A stretch of 64,000 bases of DNA from a virus, in the IMG/VR virus record IMGVR_UViG_3300030098_004191, positions 21,902-85,901 of that record; one strand, written 5' to 3'. Positions 56,343 through 64,000 of the stretch are shown piece by piece. The position numbers and the translations under genes are program-made. Positions within the stretch are counted from its first letter, which is position 1. The number at the start of each line of letters is the position of its first letter. The notes under the pieces are model-generated. The model was not told where the DNA came from, did not search any database, and saw only the letters and a program-made list of their open reading frames with translations.

Positions 56343-57656
56343 TTATACTCTTATTCCTAAAGTTGATGGAGTTTCACTCATATATGGATTCAATACGTTT
56401 ACAGAAGCAATAGGATCAACATAAGTAGAAACAGGAGAAGGTGTCTTAATTTCAGGTGGTTTTCCTTCAACAACTTCAGCAGGAAGATCTATATAAGTTA
56501 TTCTTCCACCTCCTTCAGAAATTAACTGCTTGGCTCTTCCAACACGTTCAACCGTACCTGTGAAAGGTGCTTTGATTATTTCATCTTTATGAACTCTATA
56601 TAATCTACCCTTTGTTATACTACCACCAACTCTTCTTGATTCTGTAGATTTATTAATATTTCCACTTTCTTCTAATAAATCCCAATTTATCGAATGTTGC
56701 TTACCAAAAGCATCTTTAGATCCATAATCACCACTTTCTAAAAATTTTATTTTACTCTCAATTTCCTGTTTACCAACTATATTGGTTGGCCATAGTTTTT
56801 TCTTTTGCTCCTTTAATCTTGCAATCATTAACATCCTATTTTCCTTTGTAGGACCACCCATTGCATCTAATTCAGATAAAACCTCTTTTTGCCTATTACC
56901 AACACCTGTCGAAGTTGCTGCAATAATTAATCCAATACCTACCCAAACAAGAGGGTTTGATAATAATGCAACAACACCAGCAAGTGCAGACACAACAGTC
57001 GCAATCTTAAGAGCAACATCTATTGCAATTAAAGCACCTAATCCAGCTGCAATCCATTTCCAATGTTTAGCAATTCCATCAAATACTCCTTTAATATCCT
57101 TTCCATTATCTTTCATCCATTCAATAGTACTGGTTATACCAATACCAGAGACTATAGTAGCAAGAAATGTAAATATTTTACCAAAAATACCTTTCGTACC
57201 ACCAAAAGCATTTTTTCCAAGTGGACTTGCACTTTTTGTGTCTGGTTTTAAAAGAGATTTTTCTACAGATTTCTCTGCTTGGTTCTGACGTAATTTAGAT
57301 CTTTCTTTATTTAATTTTGTATTCTGTGCTTTCTCTTCTGTGATACGATTAGCAAAATCTGTTGCTAATGCATTACCAATATCACCAATAATCTCTGAAG
57401 TTTCTGTTTGTTCTTGTCGTAATGATTGTACATCTGCTCTTAATGCATCAATAATCCCATAAAGAGGGGATGGATCATCTGGAACATCTAACTTATCTAC
57501 TTGAAGAGATTTTGGTTGTGCTCCTATCGCTTTTGCAACACCACCGAAAGGAATTTTGGCTACAGAAGCAATAGGTGTACTAGGACGAAATACCGAACTA
57601 GATACAATCGATTTTTTTAAGGATGGTTGCTGTGTCTGTAAGTTAATTAATGCCAC
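56343..57656 (-). CDS. Tape-measure-like (gp29-position) protein with hydrophobic segments
   Basis: Coiled coil plus TM-like helices; directly after gp51. Confidence 0.5.
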   Translation of the reverse strand: MALINLQTQQPSLKKSIVSSSVFRPSTPIASVAKIPFGGVAKAIGAQPKSLQVDKLDVPDDPSPLYGIIDALRADVQSLRQEQTETSEIIGDIGNALATDFANRITEEKAQNTKLNKERSKLRQNQAEKSVEKSLLKPDTKSASPLGKNAFGGTKGIFGKIFTFLATIVSGIGITSTIEWMKDNGKDIKGVFDGIAKHWKWIAAGLGALIAIDVALKIATVVSALAGVVALLSNPLVWVGIGLIIAATSTGVGNRQKEVLSELDAMGGPTKENRMLMIARLKEQKKKLWPTNIVGKQEIESKIKFLESGDYGSKDAFGKQHSINWDLLEESGNINKSTESRRVGGSITKGRLYRVHKDEIIKAPFTGTVERVGRAKQLISEGGGRITYIDLPAEVVEGKPPEIKTPSPVSTYVDPIASVNVLNPYMSETPSTLGIRV

Positions 57657-57825
57657 TCTGGTGCTTTTGCTTTAAATTTTCTTCTTCAATATATTGTTGT
57701 AATAAAGAAACATAAACTTCCCTTTCCCAAGGGATCATATTTTCAAGCTCTGTTAATGAGTATTTATGGTGTTGCATCAATGCAAAATTGGTTTTATAGT
57801 ATGACTCAAGATTTGTATGAGCCAT
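57643..57825 (-). CDS. gp51: Baseplate hub assembly catalyst gp51
   Basis: YYKTNFALMQHHKYSLTELENMIPWEREVY. Confidence 0.9.
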   Translation of the reverse strand: MAHTNLESYYKTNFALMQHHKYSLTELENMIPWEREVYVSLLQQYIEEENLKQKHQSGIN

Positions 57826-57827
57826 AC

Positions 57828-58547
57828 CTAGTTGAAAAAACTTGCCAGTCCCTCCAATACTACTTCAGATTCAACTTCTGTCTTAGGATTTTTAACCTTA
57901 ATTTTATGAGAAAGTTTAGGCATAGTATTAAAGAAATTCTCAATATCTTTAAATTGTTTTGTATTCAACTGCTCAACAAAATCCTCTAATTCTTTTGAAG
58001 TAGATTCAGAAGCTTTCCAACTTTCTTCTGCATTGTAAATAATATCAATACATGATGTAATCATGTGCATAGTTGTATCAACATCATTTGTTGAGTCTGC
58101 ATCAAAATTAGATGATATAAATTCAGTAAGAGATGGATACTTTAATTTTAATGAAATATCATCATCAAGTTTCACAATATCTGTGTGCTCTTTATTCTTT
58201 TGAACTTTAATCGCATCAATATCAATAGGCATTTGAACGGTTGTTTCACCATCATCAGGACAAATAACATTGACTTCAACCTGTTCTCCAACAGATTTAG
58301 CACGAACATTCAAGAACAAATATTCAATATCAAATGTAGCCATTTTCTCAACCTTAGTACCCTTAGTAAGGATACAAGAGTTTAAAACATCAATAACTGC
58401 AGTCGTAATTTGTTTTAAATCTTCAGATTCTAGTGCAATTATTAAAAGTTTCTCTTCTCTGACTAAAAAAGGGCGATATTTAACTTTCCTATTAGAGGAA
58501 GGTAATACCAATTCATAAGTTGGGGTATTAATTTTTGGTAAAGGCAT
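57828..58547 (-). CDS. gp26: Baseplate hub subunit gp26
   Basis: MPLPKI.TPTYEL.LPS...KYRPFLVREEK..FDIEYLFLNVRAKSVGE..LEGLASFF. Confidence 0.93.
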   Translation of the reverse strand: MPLPKINTPTYELVLPSSNRKVKYRPFLVREEKLLIIALESEDLKQITTAVIDVLNSCILTKGTKVEKMATFDIEYLFLNVRAKSVGEQVEVNVICPDDGETTVQMPIDIDAIKVQKNKEHTDIVKLDDDISLKLKYPSLTEFISSNFDADSTNDVDTTMHMITSCIDIIYNAEESWKASESTSKELEDFVEQLNTKQFKDIENFFNTMPKLSHKIKVKNPKTEVESEVVLEGLASFFN

Positions 58548-58571
58548 AATGTTTATAGCACTTCAGTATTA

Positions 58572-59717
58572 TTATATATACGTGATATTTGAATTCATTC
58601 CATCATACCAGTTTTTCAGTGAATATTCACTCCAAACTCCATAATGTCCCGAATCACCTTCACCATATTTGTTTGGTCTATTCTTAGATATTTCTAAATA
58701 TTGATCAAATTCTTTAGATTCAAATGGTAATGTCTTAGCATAATCCCAGAATGGAGTATCATATTTTGATCCATATTGATAATGCCATAAAACAAAATGT
58801 TCTACCTCAGACATAAATTGTTTAAATCTAGCATTAATGTCTTTTGTATTTAAAACTGGTGCATTAGGAGATGGCCAGATTTTTATACAAATAAAATTAT
58901 ATACAAGTCTAGCAAACTCTATGTAAGATTGAATTGCAGTTGATTCTAAAGGTTCCAAGAAAAATAATCTATTTCCATTTAAAAATATCCTATCATCAAT
59001 TATTGGATTCTTTGAGACATAATTTTTAAACTTAAGGTTATTTGTTATTTCAACATCAAACATCTCTAAAAAATTCTTTTCAGCATCTTCTTTAGAAGTT
59101 ATAGTGTCATTATACAAATATCCTACGGATCCACTACGAGATGGAGAATTTATATTAGTAGGTATTACAAATGTCCATCCATCAGGAGTTGCAACATGTC
59201 TACTCCATAGATTCTCTGTAGTATTCCAATTTGGTTTACCTAAAATTACAGCATTTAATGGATTAACTAATTCATCATAATCAGAAAGATCATCAGGTTT
59301 TCCCCTACAATCAAAAACAAAGTCAGAGTCAACATCTTTAGGATCTACCTTCCCTTCAACTACTTTAAAATTTCCAGAACCTAATACTGCCTCTTGCATT
59401 TCCCAAGGACAAAGATGCATTGCTAATGTATTAGGAGGAAATGGATGAAAGAATTTATCATTCTTCTTACCCCAACCTTCATAAGATATTCCAGTCTTAG
59501 GAGTTGCATGAATGTTATTATTATACCAATCAAATCCAATACCAGAAGCTAATAAACTAGGAGGTTCTAATAAAGTTGCTTGTCCAACACTTTCTGGTTT
59601 AATCTCTGGATCATGTATTAATTCTACCTCTACATCAGGATTATTAAAATATACAGAATTAAACAGTGCAGTAAAACATCCAGCACTACCTGCACCAACA
59701 ACAGTAATTTTTTTCAT
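58572..59717 (-). CDS. Flavin-dependent tryptophan halogenase-like (PrnA family) protein
   Basis: VVGAGSAG, SVGQAT, DFVFDCRG, GWTFVIP, FFLEPLESTA. Confidence 0.8.
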   Translation of the reverse strand: MKKITVVGAGSAGCFTALFNSVYFNNPDVEVELIHDPEIKPESVGQATLLEPPSLLASGIGFDWYNNNIHATPKTGISYEGWGKKNDKFFHPFPPNTLAMHLCPWEMQEAVLGSGNFKVVEGKVDPKDVDSDFVFDCRGKPDDLSDYDELVNPLNAVILGKPNWNTTENLWSRHVATPDGWTFVIPTNINSPSRSGSVGYLYNDTITSKEDAEKNFLEMFDVEITNNLKFKNYVSKNPIIDDRIFLNGNRLFFLEPLESTAIQSYIEFARLVYNFICIKIWPSPNAPVLNTKDINARFKQFMSEVEHFVLWHYQYGSKYDTPFWDYAKTLPFESKEFDQYLEISKNRPNKYGEGDSGHYGVWSEYSLKNWYDGMNSNITYI

Positions 59718-59736
59718 AATTAAGTCTCAGTAATTT

Positions 59737-60348
59737 TTAGAATACAACGTAACGGTCAAAGTTAAAGCTTACAGTAACTCTTAGTACATCAGCTTCACCA
59801 TATGAAACTTGTACTGGTGTTATTGCTTTAGGGAAGGCATTTATAAATTTATATCTTAATTCACGTCTATGGTTTTTTTCAAATTTGGTAATTTGCATAT
59901 TACTGACTTTATAATTATCAGGATATTGCATTCTTCTATAATAACCTTTATCCTGCTGCCTCATTCTTCTAGTTGCTCCACTACCAATATACTCCATCCA
60001 ACCTTCAAAAATCTTTAATATTGTATAGTCTTGGTCAACATAAAAAGTAAAATCAGTATCAGTATATAATCTAGTATGAGCATATTCCTGTGGAATTCCC
60101 ATGAAATTATCCTTTACTTCTGCTGTTGCAAGATTGGAAGTTGGTAATGATGCATCACTACAAAGAATTCCTGCTCTTCTTGAAAGAAACTCTCTAAGAT
60201 TTTTTAATCTAGAATATCTCTTTAAATATGTCTCAACAGCAGGAGTCAATGAAGAAAAACTAACCACATAATGATTAGTTTGTGCCAAACCCCCTATAAG
60301 GGATTTAACCTCTGGCATAGTAATTTTTCTTGCTAATGAATCTGGCAC
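59737..60348 (-). CDS. Tail-tube-fold baseplate protein (gp54/gp19-like)
   Basis: LCSDASLP, FEGWMEYI, YKFINAFPK.I....VSYG....LRVTVSFNF. Confidence 0.7.
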   Translation of the reverse strand: MPDSLARKITMPEVKSLIGGLAQTNHYVVSFSSLTPAVETYLKRYSRLKNLREFLSRRAGILCSDASLPTSNLATAEVKDNFMGIPQEYAHTRLYTDTDFTFYVDQDYTILKIFEGWMEYIGSGATRRMRQQDKGYYRRMQYPDNYKVSNMQITKFEKNHRRELRYKFINAFPKAITPVQVSYGEADVLRVTVSFNFDRYVVF

Positions 60349-60349
60349 T

Positions 60350-60383
60350 CTAAATATCTAATATTATTATCGTAGTTATTTAT
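60350..60383. promoter_or_regulatory. Pair of face-to-face late promoters
   Basis: CTAAATA on + at 60350-60356 and ATAAATA on - at 60377-60383. Confidence 0.65.
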
Positions 60384-60819
60384 GGCTTATCGTGGAAAAT
60401 ATAAACCAAGGTGTCCCTACAAGTATAAAGGAGATCCAACTCGCATTACATATAGATCCCTTTGGGAACTAAAATTCATGAAATATTGCGACTCAAATAT
60501 AAATATTCTTGAGTGGGGAAGTGAAGAAATAGCACTACCTTACCGTTCACCAATTGATAATAAAGTACATAGATACTTTCCAGATTTTTATATCAAAGTC
60601 AAGGAAAATGGTGGAAGAATTAAAAGATATATTATAGAGATTAAACCACTAAAACAAACTATTAAACCAAAGAAACAACGAAAACAAACAAAAGGATATA
60701 TCTATGAGGTATATGAATATGCTAGAAATCAAGCAAAGTGGAAAGCAGCACAAGAATTTTGTAAAGATCGTCTTTGGGAATTTAAAGTCATGACCGAAAA
60801 AGAACTAGGAATCAAATGA
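60382..60819 (+). CDS. gp4: Head completion nuclease gp4
   Basis: KYKGDPT.ITYRSLWE..WGSEE..HRYFPDF..IEIKP. Confidence 0.93.
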   Translation: MAYRGKYKPRCPYKYKGDPTRITYRSLWELKFMKYCDSNINILEWGSEEIALPYRSPIDNKVHRYFPDFYIKVKENGGRIKRYIIEIKPLKQTIKPKKQRKQTKGYIYEVYEYARNQAKWKAAQEFCKDRLWEFKVMTEKELGIK

Positions 60820-61166
60820 GTCGCTTATCTTCCATAGTAGACAATTTAATTGGAACTGAGGATCCTGATGATCTAATGTTAGAGTTAATGGATGCTCTTA
60901 ATGATACAGTGACACCCGTACCTGATGTAGGAGAATTTTATGTTTTTGTTTATACTCCTAAAACTCCAGGTATTAGATATGATCAAAATCCTTTTGTGGC
61001 AGTGACAGATATTCTCCCTTGGGGATTTAAAGGAATTAACTTTCATTGGGGTCAACCTAGACAATATACATGGACTGAAATAGCAGGACAACTCTATCAA
61101 GTCACTAATGATGAGATAAATGACCTTGAAAAAATACCTTTTGCAAAATTCATGCTAAATAGTTAA
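60816..61166 (+). CDS. gp2: DNA end protector gp2-like (short form)
   Basis: FVYTPKT...YDQNP....GFKGINFH; between gp4 and gp48. Confidence 0.65.
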   Translation: MSRLSSIVDNLIGTEDPDDLMLELMDALNDTVTPVPDVGEFYVFVYTPKTPGIRYDQNPFVAVTDILPWGFKGINFHWGQPRQYTWTEIAGQLYQVTNDEINDLEKIPFAKFMLNS

Positions 61167-61181
61167 AAATATAGGTCGATA

Positions 61182-62552
61182 ATGGCAGATACATTTGCAG
61201 ATCAACAAAGAAAAGCAAGAGAATTTTTCGGTACTGGAGAATTTTCTGAAGAGGCTGATAATAAAGTTAATGAAGAAACTAATTTATCTAACAATGAAGC
61301 TTTTGCTGATATTGATGATGATTATGAAGATGAAGTATATAATGAAGAAGATGAATGGGGTCCAGGTGGACAACCTACTGCAGGTAAGCAACTAGAAATA
61401 TATAATAAAAGTTTAGAAAAAACTAATAAAAAAAAGAATAAAAAAACAAATGCAAAAGGTAATCCAGTATCAAAAGAACCACCAGTATTAAGATATCCTT
61501 TTGAGGGTATGACACAACATACTGATTATCTACAGATTGATATTATTGAATATAAACCTGCTGGAAGAAAACCAGAAACAAGAAATGCAAGTAAGGCAAG
61601 TTTAGCATGGGCTAAAGCAAATCCAGAAAAGGCAAAAAAATTATTTCCAAAAGGAGTAGGCACTACTGTAATTGAAAAAGCAAAATTTACGGGAAAACTG
61701 GGTGGTAGAAGAAATACAAGTAATCTTTTAGTTGGTGGTACAAGACCATATGGACTATCAGTAAGACCAATAAAAAATGAAGGAACCATATTATTACCAA
61801 TTCCATCAAATGTACAGGATGGAAACTCTGTTAAAGTTGGTGATAGTAGTTTGAATGGACTTCAGGCAGCAGGTGCTTCTGGAGTCATGGATGCAATGAC
61901 TACAAATTTATCAAATGTTACTAGCATTCGAGGAGCTGCAAGTACAATAGGTACTGGTCTTGCAGACGGAGCAAAAAACTTCAGTGATCAAGCAAAAACA
62001 GGTGCAACATTAGATCAAATAAAAAGTGTAGCACTCAATAAACTAACAGCATCTGCACTGGGTATATTTGGTGGCAATGTAACAGTTAATCAGTTAATGG
62101 CAAGACAAACTGGTACTATAATAAATCCAAATATGGAATTATTATTTGATGGTCCTACACTAAGAGCATTTAAATTCCAATTTAAAATGACTCCAAGAAA
62201 CAGAAAAGAAGCAGAACAAATAAAATTAATTATAAGATCCTTTAAAAGAAATATGGCTCCAATAGCAGCAGGAAAAACAACCGAGAAGAAAGAAGGTGCA
62301 TGGTTCTTAAAAACTCCAAAGGTATTTGAATTAAGATACAGAACTGGAAATAAAGACCACAAATATCTACATAAATTTAAACAGTGTTTTCTCACTGATA
62401 TAGCAGTTAATTATACTGGTGATGGTGTGTATTCTACATATGAAGATGGATCACCAATTTCATATCTAATGGACTTATCATTCAAAGAACTTGAACCAAT
62501 ATACGATATTGATTATGATTCAGAGCAAGGACGAATAGGAGTAGGTTACTAA
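61182..62552 (+). CDS. gp48: Baseplate tail-tube cap gp48
   Basis: LRYP..DYLQI, ILLPIP, INPNMELLFDGPTLRAFKFQFKMTPRN, LSFKELEPI; CTAAATA at 61155. Confidence 0.9.
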   Translation: MADTFADQQRKAREFFGTGEFSEEADNKVNEETNLSNNEAFADIDDDYEDEVYNEEDEWGPGGQPTAGKQLEIYNKSLEKTNKKKNKKTNAKGNPVSKEPPVLRYPFEGMTQHTDYLQIDIIEYKPAGRKPETRNASKASLAWAKANPEKAKKLFPKGVGTTVIEKAKFTGKLGGRRNTSNLLVGGTRPYGLSVRPIKNEGTILLPIPSNVQDGNSVKVGDSSLNGLQAAGASGVMDAMTTNLSNVTSIRGAASTIGTGLADGAKNFSDQAKTGATLDQIKSVALNKLTASALGIFGGNVTVNQLMARQTGTIINPNMELLFDGPTLRAFKFQFKMTPRNRKEAEQIKLIIRSFKRNMAPIAAGKTTEKKEGAWFLKTPKVFELRYRTGNKDHKYLHKFKQCFLTDIAVNYTGDGVYSTYEDGSPISYLMDLSFKELEPIYDIDYDSEQGRIGVGY

Positions 62553-62553
62553 A

Positions 62554-63210
62554 ATGTCATATTTCAGAGAACTACCAAATTTATTATATCCATCATTTCT
62601 TTCTGATAAGAACTCATCACTTGACTATATTGAAGTAAAGAACTACTTCCGTAGAATCAAACTAAGAGATGATCTTCAGAATGTCTTTACTATATTTGAC
62701 AAATACCAAATACCACACGGATCTAGACCAGACACTGTTGCCGAAGAATTTTATGGTAGTGATGAATTAGATTGGGTTGTATTAATGACTGCTGGTATTA
62801 TTAATGTAAGAGATGAATGGCCTCTTGAAGACTATCAATTATATAATTATTCTTTAGACAAATATGGAACAGATCTAAATGCTACTAAATTTTATGAAAC
62901 AAATGAAATTAAGGATAGTAAAGGTAGATTGATTATGCCAAAAGGAAAGCACGTTGATAGTAACTTTTCTATGACATATTATGATGGTGGTAATGTAACT
63001 GTCTCTGGAACAGATGCCAGAACAGGAGTTAGTAATTATATTTACGAAGTACGTAAAAATGATGATAAGAGAGGAATATATCTATTGAAACAGGGATATT
63101 TACAACAATTCCTAAATGATATGAGACGTATAATGACTTATGATAGATCTTCAGAATATGTTAATGATAAGACGATAATGGCAGTCAACGTAGACTTATT
63201 AATGCCATAA
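62554..63210 (+). CDS. gp53: Baseplate wedge gp53
   Basis: YFRELPN..KNYFRR..RPDTVA..YGSDELDWVVL..EWP..NDDKR.I. Confidence 0.92.
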   Translation: MSYFRELPNLLYPSFLSDKNSSLDYIEVKNYFRRIKLRDDLQNVFTIFDKYQIPHGSRPDTVAEEFYGSDELDWVVLMTAGIINVRDEWPLEDYQLYNYSLDKYGTDLNATKFYETNEIKDSKGRLIMPKGKHVDSNFSMTYYDGGNVTVSGTDARTGVSNYIYEVRKNDDKRGIYLLKQGYLQQFLNDMRRIMTYDRSSEYVNDKTIMAVNVDLLMP

Positions 63211-63234
63211 AAAAAGGGGTCGTGAGACCCCTTT
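63209..63234. terminator. Bidirectional intrinsic terminator between convergent gp53 and gp32
   Basis: A run-GGGGTC-GTGA-GACCCC-TTT. Confidence 0.85.
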
Positions 63235-63240
63235 CTAGTA

Positions 63241-64000
63241 TCATTCTTCTGCCAGTTGAGCAAAATACGATAGTGCATCATCTTCATCATCATTCGATGT
63301 TGATCTTGATGATGTTGTAGCAGCAGTTACTAATTCTTCTGCTGCACCACGATCATTATCTTCATCAACCACTTCAGGATCTTGACGAACAGTGGTTTTA
63401 GTACCAAGAACATAACCAAGACGCTTCTTCAGTTCATCATAAGATTTGAACTGATCAGCAGCAACAAACTCTTCAAGAGAGAATTGCTTCTTCCAAAGTG
63501 CTTCTAGTGCATCATCGTCATCTAATAGAGGACTCTGAGCAGCAAATTCAGAACTGTCATAATTTCTATAACCAGCAACGTTCTTTGCTTTCAACTTGAA
63601 GTTGGCACCTTGCCAGAAATCAAATGGATCAATTGCTTCCTCATCTTCAAACTCAGGCTGCATTGCTGCAGTTAGTTTGTCAAAGATTTTCTTGCCAAAC
63701 TTATACAAGAAGACTTGTCCTTCATTCTCAGGATTTGCAGGATCCTTAACAACATATATGTTACTGATGTAAGTAAGCTTACGCTTTTGCTTACGTGCTG
63801 TTTCTTTACCAGCATCAGTACCATTGTTCCAGAGAGTAGTATTGTACTCAGAAACTGGATCTTTCTGACCAAGAGTGGTTAGAGAGTTCTCAATGTACCA
63901 ACCACCAGGCCCCTGAAAGGCATGAGAGTATAGTTTTACAAATGGTAGATCCTCACCATTGGGAGCAGGAAGGAAACGTATTACGGCATATCCATTACCG
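63241..64000 (-). CDS. gp32: ssDNA-binding protein gp32 (partial, start beyond right edge)
   Basis: GNGYAVIRFLPAP..HAFQGPGGWYIENSLTTL..YKFGKKIFDK..FDFWQGANFKLK..NYDSSEF; acidic tail DDALSYFAQLAEE. Confidence 0.95.
   Translation of the reverse strand, partial: GNGYAVIRFLPAPNGEDLPFVKLYSHAFQGPGGWYIENSLTTLGQKDPVSEYNTTLWNNGTDAGKETARKQKRKLTYISNIYVVKDPANPENEGQVFLYKFGKKIFDKLTAAMQPEFEDEEAIDPFDFWQGANFKLKAKNVAGYRNYDSSEFAAQSPLLDDDDALEALWKKQFSLEEFVAADQFKSYDELKKRLGYVLGTKTTVRQDPEVVDEDNDRGAAEELVTAATTSSRSTSNDDEDDALSYFAQLAEE

Noticed and set aside
4268-59733. Numerous short plus-strand ORFs
   Set aside because: They are antisense shadows of well-supported minus-strand genes, with no RBS or motifs.
1-64000. 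Stop-codon reassignment
   Set aside because: Core genes are full length in the standard code and end in TAA, TAG or TGA.

Overview
This is a 64-kb AT-rich segment of a T4-like marine cyanomyovirus (Prochlorococcus/Synechococcus phage, P-SSM2-like organisation), encoded almost entirely on the minus strand. Left end (1-8.5 kb): baseplate wedge genes gp7 (partial), gp6 and gp25, plus small conserved ORFs. 8.6-27.5 kb: an early/accessory region of many small ORFs punctuated by about 15 copies of a ~55-bp palindrome-hairpin-(-10) promoter element. This region also holds a ligase-like nucleotidyltransferase flanked by long hairpins, a repeat-rich intergenic region with divergent sigma70 promoters (candidate origin or operator), four highly structured non-coding RNA candidates behind two early promoters (18.1-19.2 kb), a putative endonuclease-methyltransferase pair, a second methyltransferase, an SF2 helicase, and the auxiliary genes cp12-like and ho1. 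27.5-50.7 kb: tail fibre/virion genes, including a subtilase fused to a gp38-like polyglycine adhesin and two fibres with S74 chaperones. 50.7-64 kb: gp5-related pieces, hub/tape-measure-like genes, gp51, gp26, a flavin-dependent halogenase-like gene, gp54-like, gp4, gp2, gp48, gp53 and partial gp32. The most novel-looking signals are the promoter-proximal structured RNA cluster with the hairpin-flanked ligase-like gene (possible RNA-based counter-defence), the cassette-like promoter array, and the protease-adhesin fusion. All calls come from reading motifs by eye; no searches or folding programs were run.
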